A stretch of 64,000 nt of DNA from Podarcis pityusensis (GCA_964106645.2 OZ067047.1), one strand, 5' to 3'; shown: positions 47,920 through 60,830, counted from the first letter of the stretch. Notes: generated from the sequence alone by a model not told the origin. A program made the numbers and translations.

Positions 47920-49330
47920 CTTTTTCTTAATTTCTTTCTTTTCTCATTGGGGGATAGATCTCGGGGGGACTCCAATCCAAAAATATCTCCATCTCTCCTC
48001 AACAGATCAGCCCATTCCCCACAGCCCCATTCCCCACAGTCAACACTGTAATCCAGAAAGTATTTAAAAGCATGTTTCAAACTCCTTCCAAAATTAAGAG
48101 CCCTCACAACTCCAGACCCCCCCTGGTCCACTCCAGATTCAAATTTCAAGAACAACGGCTTATGCTCCTGCAAGGCCTCGGATCTCTTCATTTGTGTTAC
48201 TTGAGGTTCAACACCAACCTCCTCCATTATCTTCTGCACTTGCGCTTGCCCTGTCAACACAAGTTCCTGGGCTGGTTCCTGAATGGTTTCTATATGGGTA
48301 TTCGCTGTTTGTCCAAAGTTTTTAACTGCAACAGTCATCAAATCCATCTTCTCATGCATCTGCTCCAGCAAAGTGCTTGTCTTGCAAAGAGCAAGCACCA
48401 AAACTTCTTGTAAACACATTTTTATTCAAGGTCAGAGTCTGGTCTCACGATCCTAATCTTACAGCTGTGAAATCCCCAGATCGACTCCGGCAACAAATTA
48501 ACAAGCTCCCTCTAGAGGAGACAATTTCTATTTGTATCCATCTTTTGAAAGCAGGACCAACAAAAAAAAATTTACTTTTATTTTTCAAATACTTTGTTTC
48601 TTTTAAATGCAAGAAGCAACATTGGAGTCAATTTGTTTCTCTTTTTTTTACTATCTGTCAAAAGACGTTCCATTCACAGTCGATGAACTTCCCCATAAAT
48701 TTCTGTCTCTGACACCCCGTTCCCAGGTTTGAGACAGTGGAAATTTATCTTTCTTTACTCTCTCTCCTGCAGGCTTAAACAGTCAAAAATTCCCCCCCTT
48801 TTCTCCTGTTTCCAAGAGGGGTTTTGGTGGTAATATCTGAAGGAAATTTAGACCTTTATATACGACTTTCCAGACTTTAGCTTACAAAGTTTTTGCTTCA
48901 ATCTTTTTACAAAAAACGGGAGGCGGACTTCCTGTTTAGAGCCTTCCCGCTTCAGTGCCAAATTAAAATGTTTCTTAATCCAATTTTCCGTTCTACTCAC
49001 GGGTACTTGTTTAAAGTCCAATTGTCCACAGGAAAAAGTCAGTGCTTTCCGGCAACGGCTGTGCGGCTTCACTCCGTAAAAGTAGCAGTTGATTCAAAAC
49101 ACCGCGCCACTCACCCCACGTCGCTTCGGATCCCCGAAAAAGGGTTTCCCTGCGAGTAGGGGAGGCGCTCCTGGTGTCAACCGAATCCCACGTTCCCAGG
49201 CTTCCTCCACCTGGGACTTTTAGAGGATCTCCGCCTTCGCCGCGGCGGCAAGACCCGATTTTCACGGAGCGGGTTCCTCTCGGTCAGAGGAACTCCGCCA
49301 TTGCCGATGGCGCTGACCCGGAAGTCTCCC
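47920..49330 (-). mobile_element. L1 5' UTR plus ORF1 remnant (3' part absent)
   Basis: GACTTCCGG...AATGGCGG 5' end at ~49330, CpG-rich UTR, coiled-coil-like ORF remnant (47805-48419). Confidence 0.65.
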
Positions 49331-49712
49331 ATTTTAACAAGTTTAATTGTGTTGCATTGTGGTAAGGAAAATCAGCAATAGGGCCTGTGCCAATGTCTCT
49401 GGAATCAGCCAAAATAGGTGAAAAAATGGGTGCAGGTGTGTGAATATTTGCCACACTACTCATACTACTGCTATTATTTACTCGTCTGTTGGAGGACACT
49501 CATGATACAAGAGAATTGGTGGAATACCAGTTCCTACTGCAACACCTAACCCTGAATTCGCTCACTTTTACCTTGACAGAGGTCTCCCCTAGCTTCCTAG
49601 TATGCCATCAAGTCTTATTTTTCCACCTGGAGTTCTGCACTACATAATGGTCTGAAGGTACAGTATATATGACACCGTTCTACTGCAGCTAAGCAGGCTA
49701 TGATACGGAGTA

Positions 49713-49910
49713 CAGTGGTACCTCAGGTTACATATGCTTCAGGTTACAGACTCCGCTAACCCAGAAATAGTACCTTGGGTTAAGAACTTTGCTTCAGGAT
49801 GAGAACAGCTGGAGGCCCCATTAGCTAAAGTGGTGCTTCAGGTTAAGAACAGTTTCAGGTTAAGAACGGACCTCCGAAACGAAATAAGTACTTAACCTGA
49901 GGTACGACTG
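49713..49910. mobile_element. Tigger-like MITE family A
   Basis: TIRs, TA TSD. Confidence 0.88.
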
Positions 49911-50550
49911 TATTCAAAAATCTTCAATACAATAAATGAGAGACCACATGGAAACCATTATGAAAGCTGCTCACAGGAGCACATCTAATAACTGAATAAT
50001 CTGGAGCTACTTGTTTTGTGCTACTCTATGATTGTGCTATCACAGTAGTTTGTGATTATCTTGAGATCAGCCTCCAGGACCCTCGAGTTAACTTTCTTTG
50101 TAATTTTTATTAAATAATAGAATATTAGACACTCTTTAATGCCAGCTATGTAATTAATTACTTGGGGAGGGACCATGCACCCCTCCACTTGCCTCTACCT
50201 CCAGTTCCTTCTCTTTCCTTGTTAGAGGATCCTGTGTTTTCATATCACACAGAGAGTGATTACCCAGCCTTTCTCAACCTGTGGGTCCCCAGATGTTGTT
50301 GAACTACAACTCCCATCACCCCTAGTTAGCAAGGCCAGAGCTCAGGGATTATGGGAGTTGTAGTACAACAACATTTGGAGACCCACAGGTTGAACACCGC
50401 TGAAACCAAACGTAGGATTACAGCAAACTTTCCCACAACAGTTACAACCCACTGTCCTCATTCTAGACCAAGGTTTACCAAACTTGGGTCTCCAGCTGTT
50501 TTTGGACTACAATTCCCATCATCCCTGACTATTGGTCCTGCTAGCTATGG

Positions 50551-52206
50551 TGAAGCATGAGAAAGTAAGGTAGGTACCCACTTAGAGTGAACAAGGATCA
50601 GGCAGACACAGCTTTGGAGAAAAAGAAGGTGAGGTTTTATTGCTGAGCAATAAGGACCCAGTTGGAATCTCTTCCAAAGAACTGGGACCCCGACAAACAC
50701 AAATCCTGAGGTCTTTATACCTGAGCAAATCACAGCAAATCACAGATCATGAGACAGTCACGAACGCCAGCGAAAATTAGCCAATTAGCGTGCTTCTTGC
50801 CATGCTTACGGCTCCTGGTCAAGCGCAGAGTTCTACTCCCAACTTCTGCTTTCCGTTGTCTGCACAAATGATGCACAATGATGCACAATCTGACCTTTTC
50901 CCCAGTTCTGACAGAACAGGGAGTTTTGGAGTTTTTGTGGTTTGGCCCTTCCTGTTCTTGTGGATTACCGTATTTTTCGCCCTATAGGACGCACTTTTCC
51001 CCCTCCAAAAACGAAGGGGAAATGTGTGTGCGTTCTATGGGGCGAATGCAGGCTTTCGCTGAAGCCTGGAGAGCGAGAGGGGTCGGTGCACACCGACCCC
51101 TCTCCCTCTCCAGGCTTCAGGAAGCTATCCGCAAGCCGTGGGAGCCCGCAGGAGTTCCCCCGGGCTCCCACGGCTTGGGCAGAGCTGCCTGCACCCCGAA
51201 GCCCCGGCTCGCTGAGCATTCGCGCCGGGGCTTCGGGTAGCTCTGCGCAAGCCACGGGAGGGCTCCCCCAGCTTGTGCAGAGCTGCCTCTTATCCCGAAG
51301 CCCTGGTGCGCTCTGCAGTCGCACCGGGGCTTCGGGTAGCTCTGCGCAAGCCACAGGAGGGCTCCCCCGGCTTGCGCAGAGCTGCCTCTTATCCCGAAGC
51401 CCCGGCCCGCTGAGCAGTCGCGCCGGGGCTTCGGGAGCTCTGCGCAAGCCGCGGGAGGGCTCCCCCGGCTTGCGCAGAGCTGCCTGCACCCCGAAGCCCC
51501 AGCCGGCTGAGCAGTTGTGCCGGGGCTTCGGGCAGCTCTGCGCAAGCCGCGGGAGGGCTCCCCCGGCTCGCGCAGCGCTGCCTCTTATGCCGACGCCCCA
51601 GCGCGCTGAGCAGTCGCGCTGGGGCTTTGGGTAGCTCTGCGCAAGCCGCGGGAGAGGTCCCCCGGCTTGCGCAGAGCTGCCTCTTATCCCGAAGCCCCGG
51701 TGCGCTGAGCAGTCGCGCCGGGGCTTCGGGTAGTTCTGTGCAAGCCGCGGGAGGGCTCCCATGGCTTGCGGAGAGCAGCCTGTTCTGGGGGCTGGGGTCG
51801 GGGGAAGCTCGGGCTTCCCCCGCCCCAGCCTCGCACCTTGGGGGGGAAATAATTTTTTTTTCTTTATTTCCCCCCCAAAAAACTAGGTGCGCCTTATGGG
51901 CCGGTGCGCCCTATGGGGCGAAAAATACGGTATTTTAACCTGCATTTGAGGGGGATTTTGTACCAGTGTCTCTGATTCATGTCTTCCCCTTGTTCAGGGT
52001 ACAAGGATGTTTCTAGGGGAAAGGTCGGTTCTAAGTTGCTGTTCCAAGCAGTTTGCAGTTAGCTAAGGCAAAAGCTTTCCTTTGATTCAAAAATGGATTA
52101 TAAAAATACTGTAAGCCCTGATTATATGTGAGCATATATGAATATATTGTTTACTGATAACTGATTATATGAATAGCATAAGGGTAGCCCTTCTTTCCTT
52201 GCCTCA
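50551..52206 (-). mobile_element. Solo LTR nested in the hAT MITE
   Basis: TGAAGCA...TGCCTCA, TSD ATGG, minus-strand AATAAA ~50638. Confidence 0.8.
50968..51930. mobile_element. Mariner/pogo-type non-autonomous element with an internal 98-99-bp GC-rich minisatellite
   Basis: TIR CCGTATTTTTCGC, TA TSD; about 6 repeat units at 51181-51771. Confidence 0.88.
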
Positions 52207-52878
52207 ATGGATGATGGGAGTTGTGGTCCAAAAACAGCTGGAGACCCAAGTTTGGGAAATCCTGGTCTAGATCAATCAGCACTCATTTGGCTCATCTGAA
52301 TAGTCCACCCCAATAATCTCATTTTAATAATATGTAGTTACACATAAACATTTACCTATGTATTTATTAGTTACTGCTCTATTACTGCTTGTCTACCAAC
52401 ATCTGCTTTTGACTGTGATATCTGCCCTCCTACTGATCTAAGGTTAAATGAAATTCCCATGCCTAGCATTCATTTCACCATTGCCTTGGTGATTATCTGT
52501 TGCATTCTTTCAGTGTACAAGGACATGTCCTGATTAAAACAGTTAGTTTTTATCTACTAGGACAGGACAGTGAAGGTAATACAGAATATGGAGTTCTAAC
52601 TGCTCAGAATGGATTCAAACTAGAAGGAAAAGGGAGATTTCTCCTTCAGCTTGCAATGGAAAACATATTTGAAATATAAAAGCTAAAAGAGCAGCAAGAA
52701 TATATCAAACCAGCAAACCAATGCACAATTACATGTACTGCAATATTTTAAACCCATTTAAAAGAGCAAAGCTAATTTAAAATCCAGTCCACTCACAATA
52801 CCAACCAACATAAAAAACATCTTTAAACTCATTTAAAAGAAAATATGCTGAAAATACCCTGTCTCTCGTGCCCACCAG

Positions 52879-53256
52879 TGCTGGGAAGTTTTTGCCTCTG
52901 CACATGAGTCTGAGAATGTTCTGATCAGTTCCCATTGAGTTCATGAAACAGTGTACCTTGACCTGTTCTTAACGCATTGTTGACCACATCTACGGAACGC
53001 GATTGTTATGTTCTCTCAAGTCTTGTTATAATCAATCACTAGTTATAATTTAATTAGGAGGTTTCATGCCTGTCTAGTTCTGTGCTCCCTTTCCCAACCT
53101 TTAATCTATTGGTGATTAATGTAACCTTTGCTTTGTACTTGTGTTAACCAATCAGTAATAAGCACATATGTGGCAAATGCTGTAATATTCAATAAACGGA
53201 ACTCTCCGAGACTTGCTCGAGAGATGCCTCCCGTATGACACCTTGCCATTCGTCTG
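52879..53256 (+). mobile_element. LTR fragment of the 27135/37905 family
   Basis: Near-identical to 27699-27900 in inverted orientation; TSD not resolved. Confidence 0.7.
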
Positions 53257-53357
53257 CTGGTGGGTCTGTGAGCAGTGCCTTTGAGACTGATCTTAAGGCT
53301 CAGACAGGTTGACAAAATCTATTGTTGAACTTAGCTAGTAAGCAGCACTTTAATCAC

Positions 53358-53469
53358 CTGTTATCAGTGGGCATCCATGGAACAGAAAAATGTATATCCT
53401 TGGACAGCAAGTGAGAACAGCTTCCACAGCAATGTCAGTCAGATTCACACACCGTTCCATATGGATCTC
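53358..53469 (-). CDS. AMN1: AMN1 exon 6
   Basis: [37 protein letters not shown]; AG/GT, 112 nt. Confidence 0.93.
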
Positions 53470-53519
53470 CTATTTGGGATAATGAATACTAGTATCAGCA
53501 ACTGTTACAGACAATAATG

Positions 53520-54022
53520 CAGGGGTCCCCAACCTGCAGCCCATGGGCCGGAAGCGGCCCAAGGAAGCCATTTAACCAGCCTGTGAGCCACCCCTGAACC
53601 AAGCCACCTGCTCAGTGAGTCCCCGTGCGCTGCATTAAACCAGCGCAGCATGGTAAATTGGCAAAACTGAAGCAGGAAAGGAAGGAAGTCCAGGCGCGAA
53701 ATTGCGCAGGGTAAATAAGAAGATACAAAATGTTGAATGTAAAAGTTTATGTTTTATTTAATTTTGTTTTGTTTTTGAAAATCAATAAAAAGCAATAAAA
53801 AAACAAACAGCGCAGCATGGCGCAGGGACTCTCTTCCATGGCGTCGGAAATTGCTTCTGCACATTCTCAGATGCTGAAAATCACTTCTGCGCAGGTGCAA
53901 TTTTTGGCATCTGGGCATATGCAGAAGCGATTTCCAGTGCCACAGACATGCACCAGTCCAGCCCACGGAGGATCTCCGTGGGAGTGATCTGGCCGATGGC
54001 CAGTAAGCCTTGCTGACCCCTG
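53520..54022. mobile_element. hAT MITE containing an L1 3'-end insertion (53654-53807)
   Basis: CAGGGG...CCCCTG, TSD CAATAATG; inner insert has AATAAA/poly-A and TSD CAGCGCAGCATGG. Confidence 0.85.
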
Positions 54023-54270
54023 CAATAATGGAAAAAAAATCATATGAGTAAGAGCCACCCTGCTGGATCAGACCAAAGTCCCATCTTGTCCAGCAGCATT
54101 CTGTTTCTACAGTGGCCAGTCAGATGCCTATTGGAAACTCACAAGCAGGGCATCTAGTCATCTTTGACTAATAGCCACTGATTTAATCCCTTAATTCTAT
54201 TAAGAAATTTAAATAGTACATTTAAATTTACTAATGATAATGATTTGTACTAAACATGTTGAAAAGTTAC

Positions 54271-54327
54271 CTTTAAATTCTTTGAACACATTCCACTAAC
54301 AAGTGCTATTACACCGTCATCAGTAAC
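54271..54327 (-). CDS. AMN1: AMN1 exon 5
   Basis: VTDDGVIALVSGMCSKNLK; AG/GT, 57 nt. Confidence 0.92.
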
Positions 54328-54455
54328 CTGGATGGGACAAAATCAGAATTTTTGTTGGTACACTGAATAAAACTATAGTAACTGTCCACTTCAAAAAACC
54401 AAAACATTAAAGCAATCCTGTAAAAAAAAAAAACAACCAACCATAACAACTTCAG

Positions 54456-54880
54456 TCTGGTTACAGATAGGTAGCCGTGTTGGTCTGTCATAGTCAAAAT
54501 AAAAAAAATCCTTCCAGTAGCACCTTTAAGACCAACTAAGTTAGTTCTTGGTATGAGCTTTCGTGTGCAAGCACACTTCTTCAGATACACTGAAACAGAA
54601 GTTGCCAGATCCTTCTATATAGTGAGAAGGTGGGGAGGGGTATTACTCAGAAGGGTGGTGGGAATGGGAGATTGGCAGATAGCTGAGATGAGCCTGCTGA
54701 CGACTCTTAACGACTGTAATGGGTCTTACAGGAAAAGGCAAGGGGTGAGAAGGTGAGAAATGGCTTAGTCATGTATAATGGGATAAGAATCCAATGTCTT
54801 TGTTCAAACCAGCTTTCTCCATGGTTTTAAGTTTGGTAATGAGTTGCAATTCAGCAGCTTCTCTTTCCAGTCTATTTCTG
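54456..54880 (-). mobile_element. Penelope-like element, 3' end
   Basis: C-terminal RNRLEREAAELQLITKLKTMEKAGLNKD typical of the PLE GIY-YIG end; pseudo-LTR with hammerhead core. Confidence 0.82.
54551..54588 (-). ncRNA. Minimal type I hammerhead ribozyme (PLE-derived)
   Basis: GTAT-CTGAAGA-A-GTGTG(CTTG)CACAC-GAAA-GCTC-ATAC. Confidence 0.75.
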
Positions 54881-55028
54881 GTTTTCTTCAATTTGTATGT
54901 CTTATAAACTTGAATTTTACACAAATGGAAGCCAAATTAATATATTCTCTTTAAATGACAGAAAAATATTATATATGTGCAATAATGCCACTTTTCAGGC
55001 CTTTCTCTGACTTAGTACGAACAAAGAA

Positions 55029-55172
55029 GGAGTCTCCTTCTTTGGAGGTCTTTAAGCAGAGGCTTGACAACCATATGTCAGGAGTGCTCTGATGGTGTTT
55101 CCTGCTTGGCAGGGGGTTGGACTCGATGGCCCTTGTGGTCTCTTCCAACTCTATGATTCTATGATTCTATGA
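55029..55172 (+). mobile_element. CR1 LINE 3' end
   Basis: Conserved CR1 3' UTR with (ATTCTATG)n tail. Confidence 0.88.
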
Positions 55173-55557
55173 TCACGCTAAGCCAAAGCATGGCTTAGCA
55201 ACAGAAACAGAGGAAACATCCTTATACCAGACCATTGGTCCATCCAGCTCAGTATTCTCTCTCCTGACTGGCTCTCCTACAACTGTAGGAGATCTCCATG
55301 GATCTCCAGGGTTTCAGGCAGAAGTCTCTCTCAAGTCTACCTGGAGAGGCCAGGGGTTGAACCTGGGACCTTCTGCATGCAAAGCAGATGCAGAATTTCC
55401 TATCTCCCTTTATCTCTCCGTTAGGACTCTCTTTTGTTTGTTAAAACTCAGTATTTTATATTAGCAGTGCTGCTTAGCAATCCATGTATGAACTCTCACC
55501 AATCCCTTCTAGCAAGGAAAAAACCAGATTGCTTCATGTACATCCTGTAGTCTAATG

Positions 55558-56225
55558 TGAAAGAATTAAAAGTTGAAAATACATGAAAGGAGATCGGCCA
55601 GGCGGAACAGTATCACTGAATTTATGTTAATGTAGAGAATGAATATATTAATCATGGATGATTAAGAATAGATGTTTGTAGACAGGTAAAGAATTAATTA
55701 ATTAGATATTAATTAAAGTAGACCTTGAAGGATGATAATGTATGATCACATATTATTATAATGAGAAGGCTGGAGTGGGCTAGTAAAAAGAGTACTGTAT
55801 AAGGGTTTCGATTTGATTTAGAATTATGACCATAGGTTGTAATTCCTATGGGGAAGTTGTTGTAATCATTTGATTGGCTACTCAGAAATCATTTGTGTAA
55901 TCTGAAAGTGTATAAAAAACATGGCTTTGCTGTTAGTTTCTGTGCAGCTGCATGGAGTCACAGGACTCTGTTTACATTCCAGAGACCTTGCAGTCTCATG
56001 AGAAAGGGAGATGGGATGTGACGTTAGTGGTTTCCTGTTTCCTTTGTTCCTTTGTTCAGTTGCTCTCTGCTTCATAGAGAGAGGATGTCTTTTCTGTTCT
56101 GCGTAGTTTAGAAATAAAACTCTTTACAATGTAGCCAAACCTCTCGTCTCTTCCCTGTGCTGGTAACCCTGCTGGATAGAATGTGCTTGAGGCTCAGGTC
56201 ATTAAACACGTCGGAGGCGATTTCA
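55558..56225 (+). mobile_element. Probable solo LTR
   Basis: TGAAA...TTTCA, TATAAAA ~55911, AATAAA ~56113; TSD AATG/AAGG is imperfect. Confidence 0.55.
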
Positions 56226-56717
56226 AAGGCTCAGCTCGGAGGAAGACATTTTTATGGGGTTCTTGGAAGCCTCCTCATTTTTTAGGCTGTGCCTATGTGC
56301 ATTTGTATTTCAGTCTTTCTATCTTTTCACTTAAAGCCTACATCCATTTCTTCTGAGTTTCTGGAAGGGATACTCCAGTCTAGGAACCCCTTTTAAATTT
56401 AGCCAAAAGCTGTGATACTCTGTATGAAGGTTTGCTGTGTTTGTAACTGCTTTTAACCTTTCTGCCATTAGACACCCATTTATTACCTTTCAAACTGTAG
56501 ACCCACAAAGATTCAAGAATAGCAGACAGTTCCAAGCAAAAGGGAGCTTCCTTGGAAAAGTCACATTCCTGATCTGTAATTAGCTGGAAAAATAAATTTC
56601 GCAACAAATTCTGGGGAATATATATTTCTCATTCATATATGTATGTATGTATGTATGAAGAGCAGCAAGAGTCAAAAGAGAAGAAGCAAACAAGCAAAGA
56701 GAGGAACAGGAAGAGTA

Positions 56718-57451
56718 CCGTATTTTTCGCACCATAGGACGCACCGGACAATAGGACACACTTTGTTTTAGAGGGGGGAGAACAAGAAAAAAAATTATCC
56801 CCCTCTCTGCCCAGCGCCCCTTCATCGAAGCGGCAGGAGGCGCTGCGCAGAGAGGGGGAGAACTTCCCCCTTCTTGTTTTCCCGCTCTAAAACAAGGTGC
56901 CGTTTAAGGTGCGTTCAGGCAGCTACCTTGGAAGCCTGGAGAGCAAGAGGGGTCGGTGTGCACTGACCCCTCTTGCTCTCCAGGCTTCAGGTTCCTTTCG
57001 ACCTGCTCTTTGGGGCTGGCGGGGGGAAGCCCACCACCAGCCCCAAAGAGCAGGTCAGGGAGCAGCGGAAAGGCTCAGCGGAGAGGCTCCTGCCATAGCC
57101 GTGCGTCACCTCTCCAGCCGGGAGAGGGTTGCGGGGCTATGGCTTCTTTAGCCCCGCGCGCGCTCTCCCGGCTGGGGAGGTGACGCGCGGCTATAGAGGC
57201 TCCTGCCATAGCCGCGTGTCACCTCTCCAACCGGGAAAGGGTCGCGGGGCTATGGCTTCTTTAACCCCGCACGCGCTCTCCCGGCTGGAGAGGTGACGCG
57301 CGGCTGTAGAGGCTCCTGCCATAGCCGTGCGTCACCTCTCCAGCCGGGAGAGGGTCGCGGGGCTATGGCGTCTTCGCTCCATAGGACGCACACACATTTC
57401 CCCTTCATTTTTGAAGGGGAAAAATTGCGTCCTATAGAACGAAAAATACGG
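56718..57451. mobile_element. Mariner/pogo-type non-autonomous element with an internal 113-bp hairpin repeat
   Basis: TIR CCGTATTTTTCG, TA TSD; same family as the 50968 copy, opposite orientation. Confidence 0.88.
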
Positions 57452-59055
57452 TAGTTCTGATCAGAAAATGGAGAGGATCAATATGGAAGAGACCTCCAAG
57501 CATGGTGTAAAGGACGCCGGCTATTTAATTGGTTTTCTGCACTAATGTTATGTGATGAATTGCTCCCTCTGATTATGCTTTATATTAATGCACTTGCATC
57601 ACTGATTGCACCTATATTTAATTACGTTTCTGGATTTTAATTATGCCATGCCTTTGCCACATTGATTACTCCCTCCAATGAATCGCTCCCTCCATCTGAA
57701 TAAATGAATTGCTCCCCCTCCTGATAGAAGTACCGTAGTTAATTGAGCCTCAAACCTGCAGATTGTATATCGTGTGATTGCTTCCAATATATCAACTTAT
57801 AAATCTTGGGTGCTTTCTTTTCTTTCACAGATTCACATATTGCTAAATATTAACCTTGCTTAGTGCAGCCACACAGTGCCTGGTTTACTGGTCAATTCTC
57901 ACTAGTTTTGGCAGGGTTTCCCCTAGCCTGACTTGATCTGCAGTTCCTCTTCTAGTTTCCTCTTTCACCTTATCTTTTCATTTCCTTTCCTTTCACTTCC
58001 TTTTTTATTTTAATTTTGTATCTATACATTATTCTTATTATTCTTATTCTTATTATTACATTACTATTCAGTAGCACTACTCAACCCCATTATCTTCTGT
58101 TAACTCTGCATTAGCTGTGCATGCAGCAGCCCTTAACCTCCGGCAGCCTCAGCAGTAGTGTTTCTGCTACAAATAATCACAACAAGCCCAAACTCTTCCT
58201 ATGTGATACTGCAGAATCTTCGTCTTACCAGCCCTCCAAAACAGGCAGAAACCTGGTCTTGCCAGGCCTCCCTGTCCCCATACTAGTAGACAGACCATGC
58301 GCCTACCAACTGTTGCGTGGTTGGATGCCCAGCCAGGAGCCTGGAAGGAGGCGCTGCCTGCCCTAAGAAGGCCGTAGGTAAGGACCTCTTGGGCATTCGT
58401 CCTCCAAAAACCAGGGAGCAGAACCACCATGGACGACCAGGTTCCAGGAACATCTAGGCACCAGGTAAGCCCATCATCCTCTGGCTCTTCTCCAGTCGTC
58501 AATAGTTGGCTCTCACTGTCTTCCCTTCTTCTCCTTCCATTGTTCATATTACATATTACAGTTTCCTGCATAATTTTACTATAACTATTCAAATCAGTTT
58601 TCCACTTTTCTATCAATCAAATATTATTTACTCTGCTGAATTTATTTTAATACTGCACTCTGATAATGTAAGCTACATTAAGTTAAAACCTGCACTCTGA
58701 TAATGTAAGCTACAAATGTAAAATGGGTGGGAGGGGAAGGGAAATGGGAAACACTAGATTTACAAGCCAAATGACAATTTTTGCAACAAACTTCACTGCA
58801 ATTTATAGATAAGAGACCACATTTCCTGTGGTAGGCTCAAAACACTCATTTTATCTAATGCAACCACACTAGGCAAAATTAAGGTAACTGTGAAAGCAAA
58901 AGAGGCCAAATGCACTTTTATCAAGACAGTATCTCAAAATACCAATAGCAATTTAGTGAAGTAAGAGTCAGTTCTCAAGAGTATCATTTTAATCATGCCA
59001 TTTTGCAAGATATCTATGCCAACAAGATACGGTATATATTTGCCAACAATCTTAC

Positions 59056-59273
59056 TTGGGTAGATGAAAAATCCACACTATGTAAAGATTGGCAGTTCTG
59101 TCCAAGAGCTTGCAGTGATGTATCTGTAATGCTGGAACATCCACCTATGTTAACTATTTGCAAAAGTGGGCAGTGGAGGGCAAGGGCAAGGACTCCACTA
59201 TCTGTAATGTTGCTACATCTTTTAAAAGAGACTTCACGTAAATAAGGGCATGACAAGGCCAGTGCTGCAACCC
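59056..59273 (-). CDS. AMN1: AMN1 exon 4
   Basis: Cys-containing LRRs [20 protein letters not shown]...VDFSSTQ; AG/GT, 218 nt. Confidence 0.95.
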
Positions 59274-59528
59274 CTGTTGGATAAACAAAGCACATCATTC
59301 TCATGTTCATCTCCAGAAGTTCAAATAGAAGAGCATATTAGAAGAAATTATAACTTTAAGAGCAACATATCAAAACACTTTGGGCATTAATATTACAAAT
59401 TACAGTCAAACCTGAGGGATACTAACCTCAAATATCAATTCTGCTTATAACGTTTGAATGCTGGCCACTTTGGGCATCATATTAGTATATTCATTGTGCT
59501 CTACTAATAATGGTTGCAATTCAGTATA

Positions 59529-59768
59529 CAGTGGTACCTTGGTTTATGAACTTAATCCGTTCCTGAAGTCTGTTCTTAAACCAAATCTGTTCTTAAACCG
59601 AGGTGCGCTTTCCCTAATGAGGCCTCCTGCTGCCAGTGCCCTTCCACCGTTCAGCTTCCGTTTGTAGACGAGGTAAAGTTTGCAAACCGGAACACTACTT
59701 CCAGTTTTGCGGAGTTGGTAAACTGAATAGTTCATTAACAGGGTTGTTCGTAAACCGAGGTACTGCTG
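59529..59768. mobile_element. Tigger-like MITE (related family)
   Basis: CAGTGGTACC...GGTACTGCTG, TA TSD. Confidence 0.75.
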
Positions 59769-60830
59769 TAGAGTTAAGTGTCCTTAGGACCACTGGTGTG
59801 AATGGGCATTGAACTATTGTTAGCTTGTTCTCATCTAATCCTTCCTTTTCTATTTGTATGACCGGTACCTAAAATGACATTCATTATTTACATTCATATC
59901 CCACCTTTCTACTATAATAGAACTCAAAGTGATACACATAGGATTCTGAGATTGTCTCCCAGACTTGGACTTCAGCAAGGTTGATGTATCATGTGCCTTT
60001 AGGCCAGGGTGGGGAACTTGTAGCCTTTCAGATGTTTATTAGACTCCAACTCCCAACAGCCCCTGTCACCCTAGACAATGGTCAGGGATGATGGGGTTTG
60101 CAGTCCAAAAATATCTGGAGGGCCAGATGTTCCTCACCCTTACTTTGCAGCACACCCTGCAACCTTGTAAGATACCTTGAAGGCAATCTAATCCAACCCC
60201 TTGCTCAGTGCAGGATCCACAACGGAGGATGCAACTGCAACACCCCTGAGAGATGGACATTCAGCTTCTGCTTAAATACCTCCAGCAAAAGAAAGCCCTC
60301 CAGCTCCGGAAGGCAGCTTGTTCCATTGTTCTGACTTCTTTTGAAGCTTCTTTTCTAACTGCCTAATGTTCTAGCCCAAAACCATCTACTTGTGGGCTTC
60401 ACATAAGCACCTGGCTGGCCCCTGTGAGAACAAGATGCCAGGCAAGATGCGCCCTTGGCCTGAAGCAGCAAGACTCTTCTTATGTTAAGTCTCTCGCATC
60501 TTCAGTTAAAAGCACCTCACAAAGCAGGGTTGCTATTTGCTGGGATGACGTGGTTAGCTGCAGCCAGTAAGAGCAGATGGTGCTCTGGGCTAGATGGATC
60601 AATGCTCTGACTTAGCATAAGGCAGCTTCCTGAGTCACGAAAAAGCTCAAAACTACAAAGAAAGAGCATGTGTACAGCCTTCAGAGCAGACGTATGGAAG
60701 GAAATCCAATCCTCTGGGTATTTATTTACTAAAAATGATAATGAGAATCCTATTTGGGGAAGAAGAAAACCTGAATGAAACTTAATTTCTCTCACTGTCC
60801 TTTGAAATAAATATCACATAGAAAACAAAC

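Larger units (their letters stand above)
50469..52264. mobile_element. hAT MITE split by a solo LTR
   Basis: Long TIRs (CCAAACTTGGGTCTCCAGCTGTTTTTGGAC) at both ends; TSD core TCTAGA. Confidence 0.75.

Noticed and set aside
50878-51938. Long repetitive ORFs, or a CRISPR-like array
   Set aside because: GC-rich tandem repeat with no unique spacers and no cas genes; eukaryotic transposon context.
57460-58720. Repeat-like intronic sequence with short duplications
   Set aside because: Could not assign termini, TSD or coding homology by eye.
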